Shown here piece by piece: positions 20,645 to 31,951 of a stretch of DNA of 64,000 nt. The position numbers and the translations under genes are program-made. This DNA comes from a virus (lineage: Duplodnaviria; Caudoviricetes). How positions within the stretch are numbered: position 1 is the stretch's first letter; the number at the start of each line of letters is the position of its first letter. The DNA is taken from positions 1 through 64,000 of IMG/VR virus record IMGVR_UViG_3300028591_000072; one strand, given 5' to 3'. A model generated the notes under the pieces. That model was not told the DNA's origin, searched no databases, and saw nothing but the letters and a program-made list of their open reading frames with translations.

Positions 20645-20705
20645 AGTTTATAGATTTCGTGTGTTTGTTAATTCAATTTTAATTATAATCAAAAAGTGTG
20701 CCAAA

Positions 20706-21038
20706 TTAGTCAAGTTGGATAAGTTTTTCATCCTTGATGATTCCGATTAGGTCGCTTTTCGTGCATTTGTATAGTGAACCTTTGTAGTATGGCATTGCAA
20801 AGATGATGATTGATTTTAAGTGGTCTTTCGTTTTCCTCAAAAGGAAATCGTATGACCCATGGATTTTGAACTTTCGGTATGTTTTATACCGATAATAGCC
20901 GTTATTAAAGAATTCATTGTAATACTTATTAGACTCTTTCAATGTTTTGCAGTAGTGACCATCGCTTATATAGTTGTATCCGTTCTGCTTAGCTGTTGGG
21001 TGAAAGATGTCACCACCAAATATATCTTTTTCTTTCAT
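20706..21038 (-). CDS. hypothetical protein
   Basis: 110 aa. Confidence 0.65.
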   Translation of the reverse strand: MKEKDIFGGDIFHPTAKQNGYNYISDGHYCKTLKESNKYYNEFFNNGYYRYKTYRKFKIHGSYDFLLRKTKDHLKSIIIFAMPYYKGSLYKCTKSDLIGIIKDEKLIQLD

Positions 21039-21350
21039 ATATTTATTTATTGTGATTTTCTAATGGTACGCATTTGCGTATATTATTAGTAAGAATATTC
21101 TCCAAGATGGTTCTTTTGCTTGCATTCGTCATAGAATGCTTGATAGGCTGTTTTATTTGTATAGAATCCATGTTCTTCATTGTCACGGAAATTATCATCG
21201 TCAAGTCTATCCCATGCAAGGCTGTTGTTACTGTGGCATGTGTATTATTTTCCACGATAGGTGATTTTTACCTCGTATGAGCAATAACCTTTTGAGCGGA
21301 TTACTCTCACTCTGTTTTTCAAGTCTTTCAGTGTCATAGTAATTTTAATT

Positions 21351-21887
21351 TTAAATCCAAGCAAATTGCCAATCAAGTTTCTTGAAAGTGTCTTTATTTT
21401 CGACATACTTTTCAAAATTTGGTTCTTCCTTGAAAAGAAGGTTTCGTTCTCCGTGCTTTGAAAGTCTTTTGATGGTCATAATGTTTGTGCCATCGTGGTG
21501 ATAACCATAGACAACGACATCACCATCCTCAAAAGCAACTTTGTAGTCATAATAGCTCCTTGAAGAGTTGAGGGCATCATTGATTGCTTCGGAAAGTGAA
21601 TCATAAATTTTCTCCACATATCCAATCTTATGGCCATTCCAAAGTCCAAGATTGAATGTAATCATATAATGGCCTTCTTCCGCTTTTGTGTACTTTAAAT
21701 TTCCAAAGAAGTCTTCATAATCAATTTGTGAAGATTCGTTGACCCAATCCCAATAATCATCGGAATCTTTGCCTTGTGGTTCCATTTCATTGTCTTTGCA
21801 CCATTCCACATAGTTTTCGTACTTGTAGAAATTGTCTGTTCCCGTAAGACTGCTTTCAATGAGGGTGAAGTTTTTCTTTTTGTTCAT
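21351..21887 (-). CDS. hypothetical early protein
   Basis: LGLWNG, HHDGTN motifs. Confidence 0.75.
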   Translation of the reverse strand: MNKKKNFTLIESSLTGTDNFYKYENYVEWCKDNEMEPQGKDSDDYWDWVNESSQIDYEDFFGNLKYTKAEEGHYMITFNLGLWNGHKIGYVEKIYDSLSEAINDALNSSRSYYDYKVAFEDGDVVVYGYHHDGTNIMTIKRLSKHGERNLLFKEEPNFEKYVENKDTFKKLDWQFAWI

Positions 21888-21921
21888 AGTGTGTGTTTTT
21901 ATTTGTTAGACATTGAAACTA

Positions 21922-21939
21922 TATGCAACAATCGTGCCA
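21922..21939 (-). promoter_or_regulatory. sigma54-like -24/-12 motif, perfect consensus (representative of ~40 - strand copies, 15.7-36.7 kb)
   Basis: TGGCACGATTGTTGCATA = GG-N10-GC. Confidence 0.75.
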
Positions 21940-21943
21940 AAAA

Positions 21944-22372
21944 TTAAAATTCCACATATCTATATCCATAAAATTCTTCTTTATTCCAATTATAAAGTTC
22001 ATTATACGGAATTCTATTGCTGAAGGCAATTTCGTGTTGTCTTATTGTCTTATAGTCACAATCGAGCATTTTTTCAACCTTTGCCTCAAAATTTTTATCA
22101 AGTGTTGGATTCTTGACAAAGTTGATTAAATCGGTTTTATTCGTGGCAATAAAGCATTTGTCGCCACTTGCAATTATAATTGGGAATTGAATAATATCTT
22201 TAATTACATTGTACTTGTAATAAAGATTATAGTGGTTTTCTCCAATCTTTGCACCCTCTAATTCAGCACCACTTAATCCATTGATTAAACCCAATCCCGA
22301 AGTGGAATAAGGATAATTGCTACAATTCCATCCAATTGCTTTTCTAAAATCTTTTCTTGAAATAGTTTCCAT
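21944..22372 (-). CDS. hypothetical early protein
   Basis: motif at 22417. Confidence 0.65.
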   Translation of the reverse strand: METISRKDFRKAIGWNCSNYPYSTSGLGLINGLSGAELEGAKIGENHYNLYYKYNVIKDIIQFPIIIASGDKCFIATNKTDLINFVKNPTLDKNFEAKVEKMLDCDYKTIRQHEIAFSNRIPYNELYNWNKEEFYGYRYVEF

Positions 22373-22660
22373 AGTGTGTTTGTTCAATTATGCATTTAAA
22401 TTATAGACAAGAATTGTGCCATTTTCAACTTTCAAATTGAATTTCTTCAATTTTTTTTCCAACATTTTCAATCATAAATTCAAATTCTTCACTTGATACT
22501 GAAGGACTCATCATCTCTTCAAATGTTGCATTTTCAAGTTCTAAATATCTATCTTTTGTCATTTTAATTTTAATTTAATTGTTCACTACAATATAGAGCA
22601 ACAATCGTGCCAAAGTAATAAAAAATAAAAGTTAATTTTTTTTATAATAAAAAAAATAAA

Positions 22661-22765
22661 AGGTAGGTTGGAGTTTACTCTCCTATCGTTGATGTACCGA
22701 CAGCCCTTGTGGAGCATTTAGCCCTCCATTTTAATTTTAATATGCAGGTGGAGCCTTATTCATAC
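22661..22765 (-). ncRNA. candidate structured RNA, copy 2
   Basis: homologous to 15510-15655. Confidence 0.5.
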
Positions 22766-22855
22766 GCCACAATATAAAACAATAATTGTGCCAAAGTACA
22801 AAAAAGGCGGCACAAAATTGCACCGCCAAAGGAAAATTTTTAGTGAGGCATTTCT

Positions 22856-23239
22856 TTAAATGCAGGGTAAGCCTCTATTTTCTTCAATGATAGGTTTGAG
22901 TTTCTTTGCAAGTTTTACGCTTGCTTCGTTCCTACCATCGTAATATTGTTTATCCGCCATTTTCTCAATGAATTGCACCACCATTCGCATAAACGATTGT
23001 TGCAGGGTAGGATGGTCATTTGCCATTGATTTCGCCAATTCTTCATATTGGAAGCCAAAATCATTGACCATTTTTTCCACTTGCTTACGGAAGAATTCGT
23101 GCCTATCGTTACACTCTTTGTAGGTAGCCCATTCATACTCGGTAAGCAATTCCTTAAATGCTTTTTTTTGTTCTTCAGACAAATTATCGGATTCAAGCAT
23201 TGATTGGATTTTTTCGCAAAGTTCGTTGTTTCTCTTCAT
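22856..23239 (-). CDS. hypothetical early protein
   Basis: HPTLQQ.FMR..YDGRNEAS. Confidence 0.7.
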   Translation of the reverse strand: MKRNNELCEKIQSMLESDNLSEEQKKAFKELLTEYEWATYKECNDRHEFFRKQVEKMVNDFGFQYEELAKSMANDHPTLQQSFMRMVVQFIEKMADKQYYDGRNEASVKLAKKLKPIIEENRGLPCI

Positions 23240-23653
23240 TTTTTTTAATTTTAATTGGTTATACATTTATGCTATTACAATAATTGTGCCAAAGGTACAA
23301 AACTGCGTATATTATTCGTAATTTTGTGGAGAAATTTTATTCTTCTTACGATTGTATGCTTTTTTGGATTTATGCACCCTGCTTGGGCGCAAACTCACAA
23401 TCTTTCCGTGAGTTTTAATTTCCATCTCTCGGTCAATTTGGCAAGCAACCTTAATTGAATTATATTTCTTTTTAGTTTTCATTTGATATGATTGTCAATT
23501 ACGGCTTGCGCCCCTTCCAATGTTTTTCTTTCGTAATCTTCAATGTTGCCATACCTATCCATAACATAGGCAATATAAGAATTCTCGTTGAATTTGTGGA
23601 TTTGGTTTCCACGATAAATAATTACTTCGGGCATGGTATTTAATTTTAATTGG

Positions 23654-23914
23654 TTAATACTCTCTCGTTGCATAGATATTTCCGTTCTTGTCACGAACTT
23701 GATACTCGGTAGGCTTGTATAAACCTTGAAGGATTCTCTTTGCTTCTTCCGCCCTATAAGCAATTTTAACGAAGGTGTTGATAATTCCATCCCAAGAATA
23801 GATAAATTCTGCTGCTTTCAATCTTTTGAATGAAATCGGACACATAGGATAGAATATTTTTTCGTTTTTCTCTCTTTTATAGATTGCAAGAAAAGATGTT
23901 ACTTGTTTGCTCAT
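23654..23914 (-). CDS. hypothetical early protein
   Basis: motif at 23961. Confidence 0.6.
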   Translation of the reverse strand: MSKQVTSFLAIYKREKNEKIFYPMCPISFKRLKAAEFIYSWDGIINTFVKIAYRAEEAKRILQGLYKPTEYQVRDKNGNIYATREY

Positions 23915-24295
23915 AGTGCGTTTGTTTTAATTGGTTATACTTCAATTATAGCAACAATCGTGCCGTTTTTCATTTTAATTTAATATTCACCACAATATAC
24001 CACAAAATCTATGCCAAAAATTATAATTTCAATGAAAAAATAAAAAATGCGCCACACTTTACAGCGAGGCGCACTACCAATTAAATAATAAACACCTATG
24101 AAATTTTCTCAATGTAGTCAGTTTCGGCATCCTTTTGGGAATCCACCCATTGAATTGCCTTTGTCAGTTCTTCGTACCTGTCACTTCCAATAGGTTCCAT
24201 TGCACGGAGGCAAGCGAGTTCGTTTTTGATATAATTTTTCATTTCTTTTAAATTTTAATTACACTACAATATAGTACAAATATCGTGCCAAAGTG

Positions 24296-24368
24296 TGCGC
24301 TCGGTGGGACTCGAACCCACGACTCCCACATTAAAAGTGTGGTACTCTACCTACTGAGTTACGGGCGC
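24296..24368 (-). tRNA. tRNA-Lys(UUU)
   Basis: ccaca-ctTTTaa-tgtgg. Confidence 0.9.
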
Positions 24369-24711
24369 ATTAAATATATTATAATTTTCTATTTGGGGGA
24401 TGCTCTTGCCATACTTGGACTTAGTTGACGAGGGTTTGTAACGGTTATCCGACCTTTATCCTATTAACCTCTACTTTCAATTGGGATTTTTATCACTATA
24501 AAATAATCACATAAAATATTCGGTAAAAATAATAATCTTTATTTTACGGCTGACCTCTAATGTTTTTCATATTTCCTAATTCTTATATATTAAACACCGA
24601 TTATCAAATTTATCAAATTATTATAATTGTTTGTTAGGGCTTATCTCTTGTTCTCATACTACTTATTCTTTAAATGTTCGTACTTATTACTTTACAAATA
24701 TCGTTCCAAAC

Positions 24712-25023
24712 TTAATCTTCAAGCAAAATAAATTTGCCATTTTTCAAACCTTCTCTGCGCTCTTTTGCATTATAGCCACACCACACGCCACACCATTTAG
24801 ATGTTGTTGTTGAATAGGTGTGATTTTCGGTAAGATAAAGTTGTCCGTTGATTCTTGCGCCAATAAATGTGTCATAAGATTGAAATACAGTGCCATTTTC
24901 AAACACAATTTCAACTTGATTTCTGACGGCATCCCCACTTTTACCATAAGGTGACTTGATAGGATTGACTTTGACAAAATTGCCAAGTTTTGCTTTGATT
25001 TCGGAGGTCTTTGCTTTTTTCAT
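24712..25023 (-). CDS. hypothetical early protein
   Basis: FQSY.T...YS.TTSK motif; motif at 25069. Confidence 0.7.
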   Translation of the reverse strand: MKKAKTSEIKAKLGNFVKVNPIKSPYGKSGDAVRNQVEIVFENGTVFQSYDTFIGARINGQLYLTENHTYSTTTSKWCGVWCGYNAKERREGLKNGKFILLED

Positions 25024-25076
25024 AGTGCGTTTAATTTATTGGTTATACTTTAATTATAGCAATAATCGTGCCAACG

Positions 25077-25289
25077 TTATTCTTCTTCTGAATCTTTTTT
25101 TGGGATTCCAAGATATTCAGCAATTATTTCAAGACTACTCCAATACAATTGCTCCAGATAGTCATTAGCCAGTCTGCTGGCAAGGTTCTCCATCGTTGAG
25201 TCTTCAACGTTTCTTGTGTCAAAGCCCACTATCTCTAAATCGTACCTTGATATCGAAGTGATAGGGAAATTTTCTTTTTTCGTTTCCAT
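25077..25289 (-). CDS. hypothetical early protein
   Basis: motif at 25341. Confidence 0.65.
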   Translation of the reverse strand: METKKENFPITSISRYDLEIVGFDTRNVEDSTMENLASRLANDYLEQLYWSSLEIIAEYLGIPKKDSEEE

Positions 25290-25347
25290 AATATTTAAAA
25301 TTTTATTGGTTAATGTCAGTATTATTACTTACAAATATCGTGCCAAA

Positions 25348-25737
25348 TCAATCGTCTCTTTCACGGATTTTTTCAATTATTTCAGTATCGGAATCGTAGA
25401 AGATACCATACTCATAATCAAAATAAATCCAAAGGGTTAAATCATCAAAGAAAGCGGAATTTGATTCAACATCGTTCCAATAGACATCAAAAAACATTTC
25501 ACAGGGCATAAGCGGATTTTTGTCATTTTCAAGATATTCTTTGTATCTTTGTTGAACATACCCCCAAAGATTCAAATAGTCTTTGAGTGTTTTTGGCATT
25601 GAATTAAACATACAAATAGAACCAAATTGGGCAATCAACCACTTATTTTTCTTGTTCTTTACCGCTTCAACGAGTGCTTCCATTTTCTCGGCAAAGATTT
25701 CAAAGTCACGAAATTGGTTAATCAGTTCAGTAGTCAT
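25348..25737 (-). CDS. hypothetical early protein
   Basis: motif at 25786. Confidence 0.65.
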   Translation of the reverse strand: MTTELINQFRDFEIFAEKMEALVEAVKNKKNKWLIAQFGSICMFNSMPKTLKDYLNLWGYVQQRYKEYLENDKNPLMPCEMFFDVYWNDVESNSAFFDDLTLWIYFDYEYGIFYDSDTEIIEKIRERDD

Positions 25738-26424
25738 AATGTGTGTGCTTTAATTGGTTAGACATTTTACTTATAGCAACAATCGTGCCAAAAATCAACC
25801 TTCGTAATAGAATTTTTTTTATTCCATAGTTTGTGCGTTTTAATGTTCAATTCAATTATAATCAAAAATCGTACCAATCTTCACCATTTATGGCAATTTT
25901 TACGAAATTTCAATGATTTAATTTGAATTTGACAATCTTTCGCAGTGAAACGAAGTCCACTTCAACATATCGTATTTGCTATTGGTTGTGTACTTCATCT
26001 CGTTGACACATTCTGCAACAAGTGTTGGAATTGTACCTTCAAGTCCGTTTGCGCTTAATTGTTCAAGAACATCAAGCATTGCTTCTTTGTAATCCATAAT
26101 GATAATTTTAATTGGTTATGTACTACAATAATATACAATAATCGTGCCAAACCCTACAGCAAGGGTGTGCAATTTAATGAAAGGAGTAAAGATTATTGCA
26201 CACCCAACCGCTAACGATATGAATAACTATGAATAATACTCAACACATTGTTTCGTTGATAAGCCTTTCAAGATGGTTTTCGTTTTCTGCAACCGCCAAC
26301 TTTTCAAGAAATTCATTGGCATAAGTTGACCCATCGGAAAGGACATCGGGAATGTATGGATTAATTAATCCGTGTTCGGCAAGTTTCTTTGCCTTTTCAA
26401 TGATTTCTGCTTTCTTCATTTGGT

Positions 26425-26766
26425 TTAAAATGTTACATTGATTGTGATTTCAATAATTGGGGATTCTTCCTGCAAATCTTGTTCGTTGAAAAGAACACGA
26501 TAGTTCTTTCCGTTACGCAGGTCTTTTGCAATAACGCAAAGATAGTCCTTGTAATCGTTAGGTGTGGTTTCAATCGTATCCACAAAAGGCTCAGTCATAA
26601 TAACCATTGGTGCGTGTTCGCATCCGTAAATATGACCTTTGCCATTGATTTCTTTGGAATATGACCCATCGGAAAGGATAATCTTTCTTCCGATAACTCC
26701 GTACTTTGGCACTTGTTGGGAACGCAGCAATCCAGCCCCAAAAACTAATTTGCTTCTTTCGGTCAT
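26425..26766 (-). CDS. hypothetical early protein
   Basis: motif at 26820. Confidence 0.65.
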   Translation of the reverse strand: MTERSKLVFGAGLLRSQQVPKYGVIGRKIILSDGSYSKEINGKGHIYGCEHAPMVIMTEPFVDTIETTPNDYKDYLCVIAKDLRNGKNYRVLFNEQDLQEESPIIEITINVTF

Positions 26767-26829
26767 AATGATTTGTATTTTTAATTGTTAAACTTCAATT
26801 TTAATTATATCAATAATCGTGCCAAATTA

Positions 26830-27162
26830 TTAGTATTTTTGGATTTTTTTTGTTCTAATCCACAAAGTAGGATGGATTTTTAAAATTTCATTATCACCTA
26901 CCCAACGATATGCAACCTTGAAAGGTAATCTGCAAATCCTTCTAAACTTGTACCTAACCCATCTATTTGGGCTATCATACCTCGCATCGGGGTCATTCAA
27001 AACCAAATCTTCGGTTGTTCTTTGCTTGTTACCATCCATATCGTAATCGTTGAATTGCGAATAGCAGCCATCGGTGTAACCGACAACAAGAATCAAATGC
27101 TTTCTTCCAAGCGAAAATACATTGTGTTGACAAGTATTATAATCTATTTCGATGACTTTCAT
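26830..27162 (-). CDS. hypothetical protein
   Basis: 110 aa. Confidence 0.6.
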   Translation of the reverse strand: MKVIEIDYNTCQHNVFSLGRKHLILVVGYTDGCYSQFNDYDMDGNKQRTTEDLVLNDPDARYDSPNRWVRYKFRRICRLPFKVAYRWVGDNEILKIHPTLWIRTKKIQKY

Positions 27163-27177
27163 TTTTCTTTTTGCTTT

Positions 27178-27441
27178 TTAGATTGATTTCCAAGTCTTTT
27201 CCATAAGTTCTGCAAGTTGTTGTTTCTTCAACGTCATGAGGTCAGCCTTCCAATATGTTTTTGCGTTAGGCCAAGGACTCAACATAAGAATGTCAAAACT
27301 AAGGAAAAGGCAATATCCGAGAAGTCCCCACCTTTCGTTTCGTAAATTGTAGTCAGAAACCACAACCTCCATATTGGGATGCTCTTTGAAGGTCTTTTCA
27401 ATTTCATTGACCATTTCTTGCTTTGTCATTTTGTGCGCCAT
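27178..27441 (-). CDS. hypothetical early protein
   Basis: motif at 27491. Confidence 0.65.
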   Translation of the reverse strand: MAHKMTKQEMVNEIEKTFKEHPNMEVVVSDYNLRNERWGLLGYCLFLSFDILMLSPWPNAKTYWKADLMTLKKQQLAELMEKTWKSI

Positions 27442-27538
27442 AGTTATTTATTTTTAATTGGTTAGACAACTATAATTTTATCAATAATTGTGCCAAATGT
27501 ACGCAATTGCGTATAGTTATACAAATATTATGTCAAAA

Positions 27539-27724
27539 TTACTTTTTGTCGCAATTTTCTTTAACAACATTTATCAATGCAGCAATACTGAAAAACAATG
27601 TTAAGAATAGCATAACAATAACAAAGATTGGCGCTTTTTGGGTAACCTGCCAAATTGTCAATAACAATGAACAAATGACCATTAATGCCACAATTATAAT
27701 TTCAATTACTTTAAGTAGTTTCAT
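27539..27724 (-). CDS. small two-TM protein
   Basis: hydrophobic; motif at 27774. Confidence 0.6.
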   Translation of the reverse strand: MKLLKVIEIIIVALMVICSLLLTIWQVTQKAPIFVIVMLFLTLFFSIAALINVVKENCDKK

Positions 27725-27770
27725 TTTTATTTGATTTTAGTTGGTTATACACTTCAATAATATACAAAAA

Positions 27771-28049
27771 TCATGCCAAAAGTGCTTTCAGTGCTGAAAT
27801 TGTTTCATTGAAAACCAAAGTTTTTTCCTCATCGGTCATTAGACGGAAAGCCTTTCCAAATTTGTACTTAGGATTATTGTCCATGTGTTCTAAACACAAA
27901 TAGTAGATAAATGGAGGATATTCCCTTTCCTTTTCCAATACATCGGAAAGTTGATTGTTCGCCATTTCTATTGCCTTGTCAAAGCAATTTTCATCATCAA
28001 CCAAATGATAATGCTTTACCAAATGAAACAAACTATCTATCGTAACCAT
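27771..28049 (-). CDS. hypothetical protein
   Basis: 3' end overlaps the TGGCATGA motif. Confidence 0.6.
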   Translation of the reverse strand: MVTIDSLFHLVKHYHLVDDENCFDKAIEMANNQLSDVLEKEREYPPFIYYLCLEHMDNNPKYKFGKAFRLMTDEEKTLVFNETISALKALLA

Positions 28050-28393
28050 CTATTTGGGATTTTAATTCATTGATTTCTTTCCTCAATTCATTATTTTCAT
28101 TTTGGCTTTTGTTTGATACATAAATGCAGGTAATTGCCATTGCAATAACGCACAAAAACAAAAAAGCGCATAAAATTTCCATAATCAAATCCCTTTCTTT
28201 TCAAATAATGGTTGTTTCTTCTCAACTCCATAGATAATACGAATGATGCTATCAAGCATTTCGCCCATATCTTCCAATGTATTCAAGTGAGTGCCTTCAA
28301 TCTCCTTTTTGATTGCCGCTATTTTTTGCGTGTCGTTCATAGTGCTTTGTGTTTAATTGTTCACTACAATATAGTGCAAAAACTATGCCAAAA

Positions 28394-28621
28394 TCATCTA
28401 ATCGTGGGAATATAATTCCATCCATAGACTTTTTTCCCGAAACTTGTAATTCTCACACGAAACTCCACAATATCCTTTTTATGCTCGTTTTCTTTCAGTT
28501 CCTTTTCAATGGCATTGTTTGCGGCAGTAATGCACTTCTTCACGTCCTTACGATAACCCTTGTAAGATACACAACCGCTATAATTACTTCCCTTTGTCAA
28601 TACTTTAATTTCGTAGGTCAT
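28394..28621 (-). CDS. hypothetical early protein
   Basis: motif at 28664. Confidence 0.6.
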   Translation of the reverse strand: MTYEIKVLTKGSNYSGCVSYKGYRKDVKKCITAANNAIEKELKENEHKKDIVEFRVRITSFGKKVYGWNYIPTIR

Positions 28622-28950
28622 TGCTTTGATTTATTTGTTCACTTCAATATAATACAACAATTGTGCCAAAGTGCTTATTTTGTTTCCATTTCGTCAATTG
28701 AGTGCTTTGCCTCTTCTATTGTTTTGTGCGTAGAAATCCATTTATCGGTCAAGTCGTATACCATCCAACGCATTTCGGGATAGCCGCACCAACAATAACG
28801 AAGTATGTGGTTTTTGTACTCTTTTGTCTTGGGTTCGTTTTTCATAGTTGTTTACTTTTTAATGATTACATTTGAATTACTTTCAAAAAGCGTGCCAAAA
28901 CCATAAAAAAATCGGAAACTTTCAATGAAAATAACCGATTTTACATATAA

Positions 28951-29664
28951 TTAAAATACTTCACCATTAAGCCATCTTGTGTGCCTTTCACTATAACATT
29001 GTGGCTTGGGATTGACAAATGCTTCCGTGAAACTAAATCTTGTCGGCTTTCTTTTTGAAATGTTGTTGCTTTTGTGCGTGTTCTTGTGCAAGTCGGTAAA
29101 ATACTCTTGACTTAAATCGTTAAACGTAACCCCGCCTTCAAATTCATAGTCAACCGACCCATCTTGCGTTATATATTTCGGCTTGTCATTTGGTGCTTTA
29201 ACCAAGAATGAATCTTGATTATACTTTTTGCAAAGATATAGCCCAAAATCATACAAGTCACCAAAATTAAGGTTATTTCCATTTCTATCCTTATTGTAGA
29301 TTATGAATGAACGCTCATAGACAATAGTCTCTTGTTCAGTCCCCAAGCTTTCCTTAAACCCGCCATAAGTAGGTGTATATGAAAATCCCGATTTTTTTAT
29401 ATCGTCAATTATTGATTTAATCCTTGTCTTGTTGATATGCGCCAACTTGTCATATTCATTTTTTGATTTTGTCGGGTCAATGCCAAAATCAGCACCACCC
29501 CTACAAGGGCTTACAACTATATATCCGTTGTCAGAATGTGTTGATATGATTCGTTTAATGTTGTTCTCATTAATCGAAACCAATTTACCACTATTATTCG
29601 TTTTCCTATATTCTTGCAGGAAATTGTTGACAACATTGCCTATTATTTCGTTTATTTTATTCAT
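28951..29664 (-). CDS. conserved hypothetical phage protein
   Basis: 237 aa; GGFKE..ERSF..KYNQDSFL. Confidence 0.75.
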   Translation of the reverse strand: MNKINEIIGNVVNNFLQEYRKTNNSGKLVSINENNIKRIISTHSDNGYIVVSPCRGGADFGIDPTKSKNEYDKLAHINKTRIKSIIDDIKKSGFSYTPTYGGFKESLGTEQETIVYERSFIIYNKDRNGNNLNFGDLYDFGLYLCKKYNQDSFLVKAPNDKPKYITQDGSVDYEFEGGVTFNDLSQEYFTDLHKNTHKSNNISKRKPTRFSFTEAFVNPKPQCYSERHTRWLNGEVF

Positions 29665-29782
29665 TTTTATTTGTTTTTGTTATATATATCAATTATAATC
29701 AAAAACCATGCCAAACCAATAAAAAAAAGTCGGAAACTTTTGAAAAATTTCCGACCAAAAACACAAAAGATATGAAACAACT

Positions 29783-30076
29783 TTATTCTTCGTGGAATGC
29801 CATCCAAACACAAAGCACCATATCAAAGTCCTTTGCATCGAATGTTTTGGCATAGATTAAGCCGCCATTTTCAAAGACAAATGCAATTTCGCCACCAATA
29901 TATGAAATGGCAATGACACCACAATGTCCTTCGTTCAAAGGCTCAAGTTCCTCTTTGTTTTCTTCAAAATGCACTTCAAGGTCAGTAATCATCATTTTTA
30001 CGGCAGCATTTTTGCGTTCAACAATGTCAGCGCAAAAATTACAAATCATTTCAAATGTTACTTTTGATTTAAACAT
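29783..30076 (-). CDS. hypothetical early protein
   Basis: variant motif at ~30124. Confidence 0.6.
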   Translation of the reverse strand: MFKSKVTFEMICNFCADIVERKNAAVKMMITDLEVHFEENKEELEPLNEGHCGVIAISYIGGEIAFVFENGGLIYAKTFDAKDFDMVLCVWMAFHEE

Positions 30077-30131
30077 GATTATTTTTTTTAATGGTTATAC
30101 ATTTTAATATCTTACAATAATTGTTCCAAAA

Positions 30132-30596
30132 TTAAAATGTAAAGTTCATTTTTTTAAACCAATTTTCAAATGCTACGGATGATGCTTCTTTGATTTCTTC
30201 TTCATTTTTAAAACCTGCATTAACTTTGATTGTTTGTGCGGCAATAGTTTTGCACCCAAAATTATCGTGACCTTCAATGTACTTTGTTCCCTTTGGAATT
30301 ATACAAGCAACAACAAGTTCGTCAGAGTATCGACTTTCACAAGCATCTCTTTCAAAAGCATAAGTGTGAATGACACCGCCAAAAATTGTATATTCGCCTT
30401 TTCCTTTTGTCGCTTCCAAATTGCCAAGCGCAGAAAACTCTTCTTTTCCCAATAGCACATCAATTGGTACGAATGTCCATTGGTAAGGTGTGCAAAATTT
30501 AATTTTATCACCATCGAAGAGGAAGGTTATTCTTTTGTAGCATTTAATATCTTCCTTTGCTACTTTCAATCTTTTTGTTTTAGCGAATAAGCACAT
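30132..30596 (-). CDS. MCL..DI.CYK family protein (paralogs 51014, 51497)
   Basis: MCL, AKEDIKCYK, G.IHTY, C.IPKGT.Y. Confidence 0.75.
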   Translation of the reverse strand: MCLFAKTKRLKVAKEDIKCYKRITFLFDGDKIKFCTPYQWTFVPIDVLLGKEEFSALGNLEATKGKGEYTIFGGVIHTYAFERDACESRYSDELVVACIIPKGTKYIEGHDNFGCKTIAAQTIKVNAGFKNEEEIKEASSVAFENWFKKMNFTF

Positions 30597-30644
30597 ATCT
30601 TTTTGTCTTAATTGTTCACTACAATATATGCAAATATCGTGCCA

Positions 30645-30878
30645 TTATGACAATAGCACGACATTTTTTAGTTCTTCTTTTTCGTAGTTTTCAATGTGGT
30701 CTTCATCCACAACCTTGTTCTTGCGGTGATATTCGCTCCAAGTGACATCGGCAATTTCAATGTTGTTAACTTCGCTTGCGCAGGTAGTTCCCCAATAATC
30801 GTGTGAGGGTTGGGCAATGCAAACTTCTGCTTCGCCATTTTCCATTTGCAATTGAGCAATCAATTCGTTTACTTTCAT
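30645..30878 (-). CDS. hypothetical early protein
   Basis: MKV.ELI..L N-terminus; motif at 30928. Confidence 0.65.
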   Translation of the reverse strand: MKVNELIAQLQMENGEAEVCIAQPSHDYWGTTCASEVNNIEIADVTWSEYHRKNKVVDEDHIENYEKEELKNVVLLS

Positions 30879-31156
30879 TGCTTATTGTTTTTAATTGGTT
30901 AGACATTTATTTACCTTACAATAATTGTGCCAAAATTACTTTTTATTGGGGCATTCTTTCACTTTTTTCAATTCGTTTCCACAATTCCAACAAACATAAT
31001 CATTCATGGAAACAATTCCGTGAATATAACTTATATAATTGATGTGCATCTTTCCAAGAAACATACAACCTTTTGATATGCACTCCGCCCTTGTCATAGT
31101 ATCATTAAATTGTTTTAATTACACTACAATATAACACAAATATCGTGCCATTTCAA

Positions 31157-31375
31157 TCAATCAAACTTATTTATCAATTTTCTTTTGAAATCATCGTAAG
31201 CGGTATAATATACCTCTTCGCTGCAACCTACTTCATTAAGTATTGAAGCAAATTTCCACAAAAGTTCTTGTTCGTGCCTCTTAATTTCCTCATCCTTTTG
31301 GGCAAGCGCCTTCATCACCGCCTCATAAGTTTCTTTTTTGTTTGAAACAACCTTTGCAATATCTTCGTTCTTCAT
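31157..31375 (-). CDS. hypothetical early protein
   Basis: motif at 31419. Confidence 0.6.
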   Translation of the reverse strand: MKNEDIAKVVSNKKETYEAVMKALAQKDEEIKRHEQELLWKFASILNEVGCSEEVYYTAYDDFKRKLINKFD

Positions 31376-31584
31376 ATTATTATAATTTTAATTACACTTC
31401 AATAATAAACAAATATCGTGCCAAACTAAACAAAAAGCGGCACAAAATTGCACCGCTTTTCTCCACTAAAAAACAAAAGACTATGAAAAACTCTACAAAT
31501 GTTCCGTTAGACCGTTCTTTGACTTCATTCTGTTATCGGTTTATGTACGCAACTGCGTATATTATTACAATAATCGTGCCAAAA

Positions 31585-31899
31585 TCACTTTTTCTCAAAC
31601 TTGACTCCGTTTCTTTTTTGAATGACTTTCACTTTGAAAAAATCAAGGACTGCAAATGGCACTTTGTACACTCGGATGCAATAATGCTTGTTCTTGCGAT
31701 GCTTTCCTCTCTTGTACACTTGAACAGTGTAAAACCAAGCGCAATTGTCTCTTAATGGAAACCTTGTTTGATATGCGCCATAGGTTCCATAACTATTTGC
31801 ACAAGGTGATAGTTGGAATGCGTGGTAAAGGTGATACATTGCATCCTTTTTAGTTCCCTTGCCTTCAAGAATACTATATGGTTTAAGTGTGAATTTCAT
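31585..31899 (-). CDS. hypothetical basic protein
   Basis: motif at 31944. Confidence 0.6.
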   Translation of the reverse strand: MKFTLKPYSILEGKGTKKDAMYHLYHAFQLSPCANSYGTYGAYQTRFPLRDNCAWFYTVQVYKRGKHRKNKHYCIRVYKVPFAVLDFFKVKVIQKRNGVKFEKK

Positions 31900-31951
31900 T
31901 GCTTATTATTTTACTTGTTCAATTTAATTATAATCAAATATCATGCCAAAC